In this document: one piece after another, positions 8,351 to 17,904 of the stretch
Position numbering within the stretch: the stretch's first letter is position 1
Layout: each line of letters starts with the position of its first letter
Assembly: GCF_000008665.1 (NCBI RefSeq)
Contig: NC_000917.1
Coordinates: forward strand, 330,001-362,000
DNA: 32,000 nt
Direction: 5' to 3'
Source of the DNA: Archaeoglobus fulgidus DSM 4304
GTDB taxonomy: Archaea > Halobacteriota > Archaeoglobi > Archaeoglobales > Archaeoglobaceae
Program-made: the position numbers and the translations under genes
Notes under the pieces: model-generated
What the model saw: the letters and a program-made list of their open reading frames with translations, nothing else
The model's database searches: none
What the model was told of the DNA's origin: nothing

Positions 8351-9148
8351 ATGATGCCGGATAAGAAGGGCTACATAATTGACATAGATGGGGTCATCGG
8401 CAAGAGCGTTACACCGATTCCAGAGGGCGTTGAAGGTGTAAAAAAGCTCAAAGAGCTCGGCAAGAAAATAATTTTCGTTTCGAACAACTCAACGAGGAGC
8501 AGGAGAATTCTGCTTGAGAGGTTGAGGAGCTTCGGTCTTGAAGTCGGTGAAGATGAAATACTAGTGGCAACCTACGCAACTGCCAGGTTTATTGCAAGAG
8601 AGAAGCCAAATGCGAAGGTTTTCACAACTGGAGAGGAGGGCCTGATAGAGGAACTGAGGCTAGCTGGGCTGGAGATTGTTGACTACGATGAGGCAGAGTA
8701 CCTGGTTGTTGGCTCAAACAGGAAAATAAACTTCGAGCTCATGACCAAAGCCCTGAGGGCCTGTCTGAGGGGGATAAGGTACATCGCAACCAACCCCGAC
8801 AGAATTTTTCCCGCCGAGGACGGCCCAATTCCCGGAACAGGTATGATTATCGGCGCTCTCTACTGGATGACCGGCAGGGAGCCTGATGTCGTCGTTGGAA
8901 AGCCTTCGGAAGTTATAATGCGCGAGGCTCTTGACATTCTCGGCCTTGACGCTAAGGACGTTGCGGTTGTCGGAGACCAGATAGACGTCGATGTAGCTGC
9001 TGGAAAAGCTATTGGGGCAGAGACTGTACTCGTTCTCACCGGTGTGACAACAAGAGAGAACCTGGACCAGATGATTGAAAGGCACGGATTAAAGCCCGAC
9101 TACGTCTTCAACTCTCTGAAGGATATGGTTGAGGCTCTGGAGGGGTAA
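8351..9148 (+). CDS. HAD-superfamily phosphatase, NagD/PGP-like, 265 aa
   Basis: DIDGVIG nucleophile motif, VSNNSTRSR, GKPSEVIMREALDILGLDAKDVAVVGDQIDVDVAAGKAIGAETVLVLTGV. Confidence 0.9.
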   Translation: MMPDKKGYIIDIDGVIGKSVTPIPEGVEGVKKLKELGKKIIFVSNNSTRSRRILLERLRSFGLEVGEDEILVATYATARFIAREKPNAKVFTTGEEGLIEELRLAGLEIVDYDEAEYLVVGSNRKINFELMTKALRACLRGIRYIATNPDRIFPAEDGPIPGTGMIIGALYWMTGREPDVVVGKPSEVIMREALDILGLDAKDVAVVGDQIDVDVAAGKAIGAETVLVLTGVTTRENLDQMIERHGLKPDYVFNSLKDMVEALEG

Positions 9149-9149
9149 G

Positions 9150-9773
9150 ATGGACACGGCAAACGACTTTCGAATCCTGCTGGCTGAGAAGGGTGTGGAG
9201 GAGCTTATCAGAGTGTCGCAGTCGTTGCAGGTGCAGGGGAGAAAAAAGTTCGTTGAAGCGCTGAAATCAATCTCGTCTGAGCTTCAGAACGTTAAGTACT
9301 GCTACCTGAGCGTTGATGAGCTCTTGGAGTTCGAGAGCTTTCTGAAGGTCGTTGATACCGCAAGCAGTTTAAGAAAAATGCTTCCCGACTCGAAGGACTA
9401 CAGTACCGCCATAGCAGATTACTGGCTTGAGTACCTGGCGCATCTTCCAGAACTGATGAAGAGGGGAGAAATAGAGAGGATCGGAGAGGCAATAAGGTAC
9501 TTTGCTGGAGAAATCACCTCGAGAAGCGGTCTGGACGGGCTCTGGCTGTGCGTCTTCGACTGTGGGGGGAGGCTTGAGGTCGTAACGAACAGCGAGGAGT
9601 ACAGGCAGGGGAAGAAGGCTGTAGTAGCGTATCTCCCGCCAAGAAGGTTTGGGAAGGAAATCAGCAGAGGAATGTTTGTTTTGCAGCACGACAGGATAGC
9701 GAAGAAGGGTGAATTGAACTTGCGGACATTAAAAGCATCAGAAAGTGGCTCGGGGAAGTTGAGTCTATTTTAA
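9150..9773 (+). CDS. Protein with a C-terminal EMAP/tRNA-binding-like OB domain, about 207 aa
   Basis: LRTPSEL-type spacing is absent, but LWLCVFDCGGRLEVVTNSEEYRQGKKAVVAYLPPRRFGKEISRGMFVLQHD resembles archaeal tRNA_bind domains. ATG at 9150 preferred over the tracked TTG at 9129 because it sits 1 nt after the upstream stop. Confidence 0.5.
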   Translation: MDTANDFRILLAEKGVEELIRVSQSLQVQGRKKFVEALKSISSELQNVKYCYLSVDELLEFESFLKVVDTASSLRKMLPDSKDYSTAIADYWLEYLAHLPELMKRGEIERIGEAIRYFAGEITSRSGLDGLWLCVFDCGGRLEVVTNSEEYRQGKKAVVAYLPPRRFGKEISRGMFVLQHDRIAKKGELNLRTLKASESGSGKLSLF

Positions 9774-9797
9774 CTGATTTAATAAAAAGGTAAAAAA

Positions 9798-11210
9798 TTA
9801 CTCTTTGGGTGGCCAGTTCTTTTCGAGCCACCCCTTAATTCTTCCAGAGTCCATTGGTCCTACAAGCACCTTCCAGCCGGTTTCGTCCTCAATCGCTCCC
9901 TGCAGCCTTGCAGCAAGACCCGGTATCACAAGGTAGCGGTGGTTAACCTTCTCCTCAATCTTCGTTTCCTCTATGAGCTCCTTGACCTTTGATGCCGTGA
10001 ACTGCCCGCCAGCAACGCTAACCTCGACACCCAATCCTTCTGTGTTGAGGACGAGCAACCATCCCTTGATTCCACCGCTTGTCAGGTCGCTCTCGACTGT
10101 GTAGTACGTCAGGGCGAAGTTGGTCGTGATGAACACTGGATCGTCCGGACCTGGGTCGTTGATTGCCCTCAATCCGGGCTCAACCTGCACAGGCGTTCTT
10201 GGATCGGTGTAGATGTTGAACCTGAGCGTTATCGTAGGCATAACCACGTGCTGGTCAATGCTCCTGAAAATCATGACATCTCCGTACTTAACAATGAAAA
10301 TGCTCGCTATCACAGCCTCCCAGTAGGATTTTGTAACGTCATCTCCCTCAATCAGCCATGCCGCGATCGGAGTTATCATGATCGGATATGCAACATCCTT
10401 GTCCTGGCCTGCTATTGCCGTTCTGCGAAGCTGTATGACCCTCTCAAACGTCCCCTTAAGTCCCTCTCCAAGGGGCTCAGTGACAGGGTCGAGGACGATG
10501 TCCTTAACCCCTGCCTGCTTGAACGTTACCGCCATGCTTTTCAGCAGGTCCAAGTCCTTAGCTCTCAGCGTTACCGGCACCTTGTACTCCAGAGCCAATT
10601 TGAGGAACTCCTTCCAGTTACCCTCGGTTGCTGCGTACATCAGCGGTCTCTGGTCGGCAACCTCCTCCAACGCTGCCTTCATGCATTCAGAATCGAGAGC
10701 AACGAGGATGAGCGGCTTGCCGTATGATGCAACCTTCTTAACAACCTCTCTGTACCTCTTCGGGTCTCCAGAGGTGCACCTCACAGCAAAGCCGTCGAGC
10801 GTGAGGAAGTTTCCGACGTAGAACTTCTTGTAGCTTACTACCCTATCACATCTCTCTTCCAGAGCCTTGTCGTCCATCGTGTCCCAGACGTCGTAGAAGA
10901 AGCCGGTTGGGTTGAAGAATGTGAGCTCGTGCCTGTGAAGCACCTCTTCGCCACCAATCTTTACCGCGTTCTCTCCAACGCCTATTACGACTTCAGCTAT
11001 TTCCGGAGCGGTAAGCTCAAGAAGCTCTTCAAGCTTCTTTTTGACCTTCGGGTCCTTTTCCGCATCTCTCACAAGCGGCTTGCAGTCGAGAGGTGTTACT
11101 GATCTATCAAGGATGTGGGCTGCAAAGCTCATGCAGGTGTCGAAGCCGCATTCTCCGCAGTTAGTTCTCGGCAGGTAGTTGTAAACCTCAAGGGGGCTCT
11201 TTACCTTCAT
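9798..11210 (-). CDS. cdhE: Acetyl-CoA decarbonylase/synthase gamma subunit (corrinoid/Fe-S protein large subunit), 470 aa
   Basis: N-terminal Fe-S motif TNCGECGFDTCMSFA, LTGGIKGWLLVLNTEGLGVEVSVAGGQF-like C-terminal domain, and linkage to cdhD/cdhC. Confidence 0.95.
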   Translation of the reverse strand: MKVKSPLEVYNYLPRTNCGECGFDTCMSFAAHILDRSVTPLDCKPLVRDAEKDPKVKKKLEELLELTAPEIAEVVIGVGENAVKIGGEEVLHRHELTFFNPTGFFYDVWDTMDDKALEERCDRVVSYKKFYVGNFLTLDGFAVRCTSGDPKRYREVVKKVASYGKPLILVALDSECMKAALEEVADQRPLMYAATEGNWKEFLKLALEYKVPVTLRAKDLDLLKSMAVTFKQAGVKDIVLDPVTEPLGEGLKGTFERVIQLRRTAIAGQDKDVAYPIMITPIAAWLIEGDDVTKSYWEAVIASIFIVKYGDVMIFRSIDQHVVMPTITLRFNIYTDPRTPVQVEPGLRAINDPGPDDPVFITTNFALTYYTVESDLTSGGIKGWLLVLNTEGLGVEVSVAGGQFTASKVKELIEETKIEEKVNHRYLVIPGLAARLQGAIEDETGWKVLVGPMDSGRIKGWLEKNWPPKE

Positions 11211-11213
11211 TCA

Positions 11214-12581
11214 TTACACCTCCATGAAAATCCACTCGCCAGGGTCAGCCACTCCTCCGCTAACCTTACCGCCGAGTGTGTTGAAGACCTCCTTGAGGAC
11301 GGCAACTGCTACTGGATGCATCATCATGAAGAGATCGACTCCGGCAAGGGAGAGTGTCAGACCAGTTATAATCTCCCAGATTGGGCCTCTGAGCTCTCTT
11401 GGCCCCCAGGGCGTGTCCTCTTCAATCGGTGAGTCCACCATCCAGGCCTCTCTCGCTCCCCACGCGTTGGTCGTACCGCTTGATATCGGGAAGTTCAGGT
11501 CTGTGTCTCCCTTCAAACCGCTGATTCTGATTCTCTCCATGTTCGTGAAGGCATAGTCAAGGCCATAACCGAGGGCTGCGGTCGTTGGGTCCATGACGAT
11601 GCTGTCTCTCGGCATCTCGACCCTCTTCAGCAGGTACCTGTTGAGCGTCTTCTGGTTGTTTATGTCCATCTGGGTCCAGCTCAAAACGACATGGCCGTAC
11701 TTCTTGGCTGCGTTGGCAATCCTTTCCCAGTCCATGTCGAGAGTTGCTGAGGCAAGCATGATTCTCTCTCCCTCAGCTACCTCCGCGGCCTTCTCAAGAA
11801 CCTCGGGGTCCTTCTCCTTGTTTCCGCTACCTCCAACGATTATGGGGCACTTCACCGCCTGCAGAACGTCCTCAAGAACCTTCACGGCCTCGCTTGCAGG
11901 TGTGTCGTCCAGCAGGGGGTCCGTGCTGATGAGGTGGAGCGTTACTAGGTCAGCACCGAACTTCTTAACACACTTCCTCGCCCACTCTGCAGGGTTGTCC
12001 AGCACATCCTCGTAGTGCATCCTCACCGCCTTTGCGAGCATGGGCCTTCTGTCGAAGACGTCAATGGCTATTGCGGGAAGGTGGGGCTGTGGGGCGTCGA
12101 AGGTGTAGAAAGCGAGACTCCTCTCTCCACCAAGCGTGACAGTGTACTCCCTGGTTCCCCCATCAGCCTTGGTTGCGCCAAGAACAACCTCCTCTATCTT
12201 GCCCGGATACTCCTCCTTGTATGGCTCAAACTTTGCCCTTACAAGCTCTGCTGGAATCTTCAGCTCCTCGACTGCCGGAACCTCAGCCGGTGCAGCAGGA
12301 GCCGCAGGGGCAAGCTGAGGCTGTGCAGCGAAGGGTGTTGGGATGCCAAGGGCTGCAGAAAGCCTCTGCAGATAGCCGAGTGCCATGTTTGCGTGATACA
12401 GGAAGTTACCGAATTCGGAAAGCATTGAGTAAAGAGGGGCAATTGCTGATAGGTCTATCGACGATCCCTCGAACTCTATTTCGAGGTCGCCCTCAATTTT
12501 CACCCCTTCTATCTCCTCTACATTATACTTTTTCAGCAAATCCAAAAACTCCTCAAGCGTGAACTTTTTCAAATTAATCAC
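11214..12581 (-). CDS. cdhD: Acetyl-CoA decarbonylase/synthase delta subunit (corrinoid/Fe-S protein small subunit), 455 aa
   Basis: Contains IVGGSGNKEKDPEVLEKAAEVAEGERIMLASATLDMDWERI, IVMDPTTAALGYGLDYAFTNMERIRISGLKGD and NAWGAREAWM. N-terminal Ala/Pro linker. Confidence 0.95.
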   Translation of the reverse strand: MINLKKFTLEEFLDLLKKYNVEEIEGVKIEGDLEIEFEGSSIDLSAIAPLYSMLSEFGNFLYHANMALGYLQRLSAALGIPTPFAAQPQLAPAAPAAPAEVPAVEELKIPAELVRAKFEPYKEEYPGKIEEVVLGATKADGGTREYTVTLGGERSLAFYTFDAPQPHLPAIAIDVFDRRPMLAKAVRMHYEDVLDNPAEWARKCVKKFGADLVTLHLISTDPLLDDTPASEAVKVLEDVLQAVKCPIIVGGSGNKEKDPEVLEKAAEVAEGERIMLASATLDMDWERIANAAKKYGHVVLSWTQMDINNQKTLNRYLLKRVEMPRDSIVMDPTTAALGYGLDYAFTNMERIRISGLKGDTDLNFPISSGTTNAWGAREAWMVDSPIEEDTPWGPRELRGPIWEIITGLTLSLAGVDLFMMMHPVAVAVLKEVFNTLGGKVSGGVADPGEWIFMEV

Positions 12582-13354
12582 CTCGCTTTGGCTGACAAAT
12601 TGAGCATTAAATTAGCTACATCCTTCATTTTCCTATAGACTTCAGAATTCTTGTCTATCTTGCTTACAGGTTCTCCTCTAAGGTCGATTTCTGCTACACT
12701 GCTGTCGTAGGGCAGCACGGCAAGAAGCTCCAAACCCTCCTCTTTCGCAAACTCTCTAATCGTTTTCTCTGCATCCTCGGAAGCGATTCTGTTGGCAATC
12801 AGGAAAATCTTCTTGAAGTTCAGCTTGAGCTCACTGGCAAGCTCTTTGATCCTCTTTGCAGTTGCCAGTCCCTTTCTCGACATGTCAGTTACGATTATTA
12901 TGTAATCAGCAGAGTCGATGGTTTTTCTGCTGAAGTGCTCCAGACCAGCTTCGGTGTCGATTATTATGTACTCGTAGTGTCTCATCAGCCTCTTCAGCAC
13001 ACCTCGAAGCAGAGAATTGGCAAAGCAGTAGCACCCCTCTCCTTCCGGCCTTCCCATCACCAGAAGGTCGTATCTGGGGCACTCGCATATTGCTTCAGCG
13101 TAAATCTTGCCTTCCAACCACTGCTCCTTGTTCATTGAACCCATTTCATCCCTGCTAACCTGAAAGAGCTCCCTGATTTCGCCAAGAGTTTTTCTTACCT
13201 GCTTCTCCACACCGAGAGCTTCTGGGAGGTTGCTGTCTGGGTCGGCATCAACTGCCAGAACGCTTGTAGTGTGCTCTGAAATAAAATTAATGAGGAGGGC
13301 GGAAACCAGCGTTTTTCCGGTCCCACCCTTGCCTGCCACCGCGATTACTGTCAT
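12578..13354 (-). CDS. cooC: CooC-like nickel-insertion/maturation P-loop ATPase, 258 aa
   Basis: N-terminal AVAGKGGTGKTLVSALL deviant Walker A, DADPDSNLPEALG, YIIIDTEAGLEHFSRKT, ending in the ACDS operon. Overlaps the cdhD start by 4 nt. Confidence 0.88.
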   Translation of the reverse strand: MTVIAVAGKGGTGKTLVSALLINFISEHTTSVLAVDADPDSNLPEALGVEKQVRKTLGEIRELFQVSRDEMGSMNKEQWLEGKIYAEAICECPRYDLLVMGRPEGEGCYCFANSLLRGVLKRLMRHYEYIIIDTEAGLEHFSRKTIDSADYIIIVTDMSRKGLATAKRIKELASELKLNFKKIFLIANRIASEDAEKTIREFAKEEGLELLAVLPYDSSVAEIDLRGEPVSKIDKNSEVYRKMKDVANLMLNLSAKAR

Positions 13355-13436
13355 TCTTCTTCCTCTATTATCAGCTCTGGGATATGAATCTGAGCTCCTT
13401 TAAGGATGAGTTTAACCTTCTTCACTTCCTCCTCCA

Positions 13437-15011
13437 TTACTTCCCACCCTTCTTCTCCTTCTCTGCCTTCTTGATGATGACCTTTTCGATGGTAATCTTC
13501 GCGTCCTTGATTACAAGCTTGACACCTGCCGGAGCTGCTGACGCTGCAGGCATCTGAAGGGCGGGGAGCTGGAATCCTGGCATCTGCATCGGCATTGGCT
13601 GCATTGCCATCGGCTGAGCTGCTTGTGCTGGCTGAGCTGCTGGTGCTGCCTCAGCAGCAGCCTCCTCAGCGACCTCTTCAGCCTCTTCTTCCTCTTCCTC
13701 AACCCATCCGTTGGTAATCTTCTTGCCGTCAACCGGCCTTACAACACCCTTGACAACGGGGTGGTCAACTTTCTTGAGGAACTCCCTCAGCTCATCAAGG
13801 GTCTTGGCATCCTCCTCGGTTGCAATCTTGTCCCTGATGTCGTCCGGGATGTACTTTGCCACTCTCTCTTTCAGCTCCTTCGGCATCCAGACCGTCCTGT
13901 ACCACCCACCATCGGCCTGAATGAACTTCTTGCTTCTGAAGTAGGCTATACCGATGCCAAGGAACCCAACGACCTGCTTTCCACCACCAGTCTGACCGGC
14001 CATTGTTGAGAACGTCAAACCGTTGGGTGCGGGTTCAGCGTAGCCTCTGTGCACCCAGCCAATTCCGTCAACTTCGGGCATGTAGAAACCTATAACCTCA
14101 AAGCAACCACAGCTTGTGTGCGGATACTCGAAGAAGCTGTGCAGCTTTATCCTCTCGTACTCTCCACCGCTCTCCTGCTTTGCAAACTCGTTAACACCGC
14201 TGTACTCACCGCCGATCGGGTCAAGCAGCTCTCCCTTCGGCACCGCTCTGTTTGGCCCCTCGGGGTCAACCTTTGCTGCCGCTCTACCATCGAACCAGGT
14301 TATAGCTCCGCAGAGCGAGGGTCTGTCTGGGCTGACAATGCAGACGTTTGTTGGGGCGAAGCTCTGGCAGAGGGTGCATGAGTAGAACTCGTCAACGTCC
14401 TCATCGCTCAAAGCCTCAACTCTCGCGTCTCTCTCCTCGAAAATCGGCATTGCAAGCTCGTTGAGCAGCTTTTCAACCAGATCCTTGTCGGTGATGTAAA
14501 CAGCCTCAATCTTCTCGATGAAGGGGAGCTCGTTCTTGTAGAGCATCATTGTGGCTTTTGCAATCTGAATCAGGCTTTTCAGTCCCTTCTTGATCGCATT
14601 CTTTCCGATTCTGATCCAGATGTCGTATCTCTGGTTGAGGTGCATGTACCCCTCGATGTAGTTCTGGAAGTCGTGGTTTCTTCTCTCGATAACAGGCTCA
14701 AGATCAGTCTCTACCATCTCACCGGCGATGTAGTAAATCATCGCGTAGGGATATGCCTGTCCTTCCTCCATCTCGTCCAGATCCGGGCCGATGAGCGTGA
14801 CCTTCATGTCCTCTACCTGATCCATCGGCAGAGCCATGACAAGCTCGAACCCAGGCTGCGTTGGACCTCCAAGCTCAACGTACATGTCTCCCTTCCTGAT
14901 TCTCTCTCCCTCGTACATCGGAGAGATGTCAAATGGAAACTCTGCTTCCTCTCCAACGCTCTCCTTGACTTTAACACCCTCCGGAATCTCTATTCTTTTT
15001 CTTTCAACCAT
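13437..15011 (-). CDS. cdhC: Acetyl-CoA decarbonylase/synthase beta subunit (acetyl-CoA synthase), 524 aa
   Basis: Cys residues of the A cluster region (FYSCTLCQSFAPTNVCIVSPDRPSLCGAITWFD, HTSCGCFEVIGFYMPEVDGIGWVHR, TFSTMAGQTGGGKQVVGFLGIGI). C-terminal acidic/Ala/Pro/Met/Gln-rich linker. SD-like GGAGGT (complement of 15022-15027). Confidence 0.97.
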   Translation of the reverse strand: MVERKRIEIPEGVKVKESVGEEAEFPFDISPMYEGERIRKGDMYVELGGPTQPGFELVMALPMDQVEDMKVTLIGPDLDEMEEGQAYPYAMIYYIAGEMVETDLEPVIERRNHDFQNYIEGYMHLNQRYDIWIRIGKNAIKKGLKSLIQIAKATMMLYKNELPFIEKIEAVYITDKDLVEKLLNELAMPIFEERDARVEALSDEDVDEFYSCTLCQSFAPTNVCIVSPDRPSLCGAITWFDGRAAAKVDPEGPNRAVPKGELLDPIGGEYSGVNEFAKQESGGEYERIKLHSFFEYPHTSCGCFEVIGFYMPEVDGIGWVHRGYAEPAPNGLTFSTMAGQTGGGKQVVGFLGIGIAYFRSKKFIQADGGWYRTVWMPKELKERVAKYIPDDIRDKIATEEDAKTLDELREFLKKVDHPVVKGVVRPVDGKKITNGWVEEEEEEAEEVAEEAAAEAAPAAQPAQAAQPMAMQPMPMQMPGFQLPALQMPAASAAPAGVKLVIKDAKITIEKVIIKKAEKEKKGGK

Positions 15012-15257
15012 ATCTTGCTCACCTCCAAATTAAACTAAACTCTCCAGCTATACCCAAACAACAATTTTTGTTTATTTGTATTTATCGCTTTTCACCTTTC
15101 CGCCAACCTACACGATTCCTCACTGAGCCTGATTTTCTCAGGCTTCCTTTACGATTTTGGAGTCATTAGAATTTAAATTAATCGAAAAATATTCCATGTA
15201 GCAATTTTTTGAATCATAATTACAACAAGTGCTAACAATAAAAAAAGAAGTAACACT

Positions 15258-17864
15258 TTACAGATCAAGCTGAATGATTTCTCCATTCTGAACCTGACTC
15301 TCGTAAATGGTTATCTCCTTTACGACATTTCCTGCCTTTATGTGGTACGGCGTAATCGGCTTGACGGGATAATCCGAGTTATGGGAGTACGGGAGTACAA
15401 CTGTGTATGTGCCGTTTTTAACCTCGACCGTCTGCCAGTACTCGAATGTTCTGTTCTGGTTCGTTTTGATTGTTGCGTTTACGCTAACCTCAGTAACGTT
15501 GGCAGAAACTTTGCCGGTAACCACAGCCCCCTTCACTCTCTCGAAAATCTTCACATACCCTGAAGGCGCAATCTTTACGGGAATTCCCATCTTCTTTTCG
15601 TAAAGCTGGGTGTAGGCGTACTTGTAGAGAACTTCCTGCGTTCCCATTGTTGGAGAAACACCGTATCTCGCTCTCATCACCGCCTCGTAGAGCGCAGTCT
15701 GAAGAACCTGGCTCTCGTTGTTCAGGTTGACCTGAGAGGAGTAGGACTTCCACTCAGCGGGATAGTCGCTCTCGTAAATCATCCTGTAGTGGGACAGACC
15801 GCTACCGTCAAACAGATGGAGCTTTGCCTCCATAGTGCTGTAGTAAAGCTCGCTTGGGATTCTCAGTGGGATGATGATGGAGTTCAGCGGGATGTCCCAC
15901 TGGGAATTCGCATAGCCGAATGTGCCCGTGGGTGAGTAGTAGAAGTATCCGCCGTAGTATTTCTCGGCAAGAGGTAAATCTCCTTCAGCCCAAACGGCCA
16001 TTGCGTAGTACTTCCCCGTTTCCATCTCAATGTCGCTAACAACGTATTTCACGTTCAGCTTCTCTGCAACAAACTCCGCATAGCTCTCGTTCTCGGCCGT
16101 GAAGAATGATGATGCACCAGGAACATTGTTGTACTTGTTCCCTATTCCCGCTTGGAATGGGTTGGCGATGGGCATGCGGTGGGCTACGGCCTCAATCCAG
16201 TGCCCGTAATCCCACCAGCTTATTACCCCATAGGTTTCGAAGGGGTAGCTGAAGGGCTCCTTATTGCTCTGGGGTGTTGGGTAAAGCTGCAGGTAGTACT
16301 CGTCGTACTTTTCTCCATCAGGCGTGTTTTCTCTCATCCACGTCAGAGCATCGTACCACTGCTTGTTCGGCCCTCCTGCATAGGAGCTCTGCGCATCCGC
16401 GAGGATGTAGGTGGGGTAGATTGCGGCCAAGGCTATCAGAAGGGCAAATGCAACCCTGAAGTAGCTCAGCTTATTTCTCGCCCCAATAGCGTTCTCCAAC
16501 GCCCTGTAAAGGTGAAGTTTATCGAAAACCACGGAGAGTGCCAGTGCCGAGTAAACAGCAGAAACTGCGGCGAAATAATACGCGAACCTGTTCTGCCCCC
16601 AGAGAGCGATGAACATGGCGATGGCCCAGATCAGAAGAGCCATTTCTGGAAAGCTTCTCCTCTTAAGAAATCTGTAAGCAGAGTACAGAATTCCAGCCAT
16701 GCCGAAGAAAAATAAAGCGCCAAAGTGCAATACGGCATTGGTGAGAGTAAACTCCCCATTGTGAGTGAAGAAGAAAGGATACACTTCAGCAATTGTTAAC
16801 GCTCCTCCCTTCGGCTGAACAACGCGTACTACCGAAAGCAAATTTCTTGCAAAATCAGGGGAAATTACGAAGAAGAGCCCCATTATGAGGGCGGTTAGAA
16901 CAATAACGGCCAGTGGCATACCTTTTCTTCCCAAACCCACTCTTTCGAAAAATCCGACATCGTTCCACTTTTCAATCTGGTAAAATGCGGCAGCTATTAC
17001 CGCCGAGCCGAGAAGGACGAGAAGCTGGAAGGGAGAGTAGAAGATGGTACTAAATCCGGGATAGTTGAAGGCAAAGGGAAGGTAAATTAATGCCGAAACT
17101 GCGAACGTTACAACTGCAACAAGAGAGAGGTTTTTCCTGTCCGCATTGACGAATCCGGCAAGAACGAAAGCGAAGAACATGAACGCCAGAATAATTGGGG
17201 CTATAATAAATCCAGCTCCCCACGAAAGCACGTACAGCCCAATGGTTATTCCTGCAATTACTGGGTATGCCATCTGCCTCGCCGTTAGATTGTGGCTCAA
17301 GTCGTGCCCTTTCCACCTGTTGTAAGCAAGCAGGAATGTTCCTAGAGCGGAGACCTGCCAGAAAGCTTCCCAAATGTGGTGATCGTTGAAGCCGAGAATG
17401 CTCCTTTGCAAGAACTGTCCGGGTACTATCGCAATGAGGAATGCCGCGATAACGGCTGCTCTCTTGTCAAAAACCTCCCTAGTCAACAGATATACCGGGA
17501 GTATAGCCAGAACACCTCCAATTGCTGGTATAAATGCCAGAACTGCTCTTAAGCTTTCACCGCTCGTAGCGGAAAAAATGATTCCCGCAATAGATCCAAG
17601 ATAAACCAAGAATGGCCCAAAGTGTGTGTATGAGCCGTAGGGGTAGTAAGTGAACGGATCAAACCAAATTCTGTGCGGAAAGTTGTGAATTGTGTTCTCA
17701 ATCAGCCTGTAGTAATACCACGGATCGTTTCCACCAAGCCTGACCGTCCAGGTAAATACGCTATTCCACGGGTTCAGAATTCTAAGCTTTACTGAAATCA
17801 GTGCTGCGATGACAAGAACTGATAAGTGCCAGTATTTTTTAAACCAACTCTCAGCATTCTGCAT
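15258..17864 (-). CDS. aglB: Archaeal STT3/AglB oligosaccharyltransferase, long form, 868 aa
   Basis: Multi-TM N-terminus with LGGNDPWYYYRLIENTIHNFPHRIWFDPFTYYPYGSYTHFGP, DHHIWEAFWQ, and the catalytic-domain signature WWDYGHWIE. Confidence 0.96.
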   Translation of the reverse strand: MQNAESWFKKYWHLSVLVIAALISVKLRILNPWNSVFTWTVRLGGNDPWYYYRLIENTIHNFPHRIWFDPFTYYPYGSYTHFGPFLVYLGSIAGIIFSATSGESLRAVLAFIPAIGGVLAILPVYLLTREVFDKRAAVIAAFLIAIVPGQFLQRSILGFNDHHIWEAFWQVSALGTFLLAYNRWKGHDLSHNLTARQMAYPVIAGITIGLYVLSWGAGFIIAPIILAFMFFAFVLAGFVNADRKNLSLVAVVTFAVSALIYLPFAFNYPGFSTIFYSPFQLLVLLGSAVIAAAFYQIEKWNDVGFFERVGLGRKGMPLAVIVLTALIMGLFFVISPDFARNLLSVVRVVQPKGGALTIAEVYPFFFTHNGEFTLTNAVLHFGALFFFGMAGILYSAYRFLKRRSFPEMALLIWAIAMFIALWGQNRFAYYFAAVSAVYSALALSVVFDKLHLYRALENAIGARNKLSYFRVAFALLIALAAIYPTYILADAQSSYAGGPNKQWYDALTWMRENTPDGEKYDEYYLQLYPTPQSNKEPFSYPFETYGVISWWDYGHWIEAVAHRMPIANPFQAGIGNKYNNVPGASSFFTAENESYAEFVAEKLNVKYVVSDIEMETGKYYAMAVWAEGDLPLAEKYYGGYFYYSPTGTFGYANSQWDIPLNSIIIPLRIPSELYYSTMEAKLHLFDGSGLSHYRMIYESDYPAEWKSYSSQVNLNNESQVLQTALYEAVMRARYGVSPTMGTQEVLYKYAYTQLYEKKMGIPVKIAPSGYVKIFERVKGAVVTGKVSANVTEVSVNATIKTNQNRTFEYWQTVEVKNGTYTVVLPYSHNSDYPVKPITPYHIKAGNVVKEITIYESQVQNGEIIQLDL

Positions 17865-17883
17865 GGCAGAAAAAGTAAAATGC

Positions 17884-17893
17884 TTAATTTAAA
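17884..17893. promoter_or_regulatory. Candidate shared A/T-rich promoter element for the divergent aglB and dph5 genes
   Basis: TTAATTTAAA in a 40-bp divergent gap, about 20 nt from each start codon. Confidence 0.35.
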
Positions 17894-17904
17894 CTTTCTG
17901 ATAG

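Noticed and set aside
11593-12428. Plus-strand ORFs antisense to cdhD
   Set aside because: They overlap a well-conserved enzyme gene and show no family motifs.
13511-13732. Plus-strand ORF MTARRLPTDGLRKRKKRLKRSLRRLLLRQHQQ...
   Set aside because: Shadow ORF produced antisense to the low-complexity linker of cdhC.
16152-16715. 187-aa plus-strand ORF antisense to aglB
   Set aside because: Composition-driven overlap with a strongly supported coding sequence; no recognisable domain.
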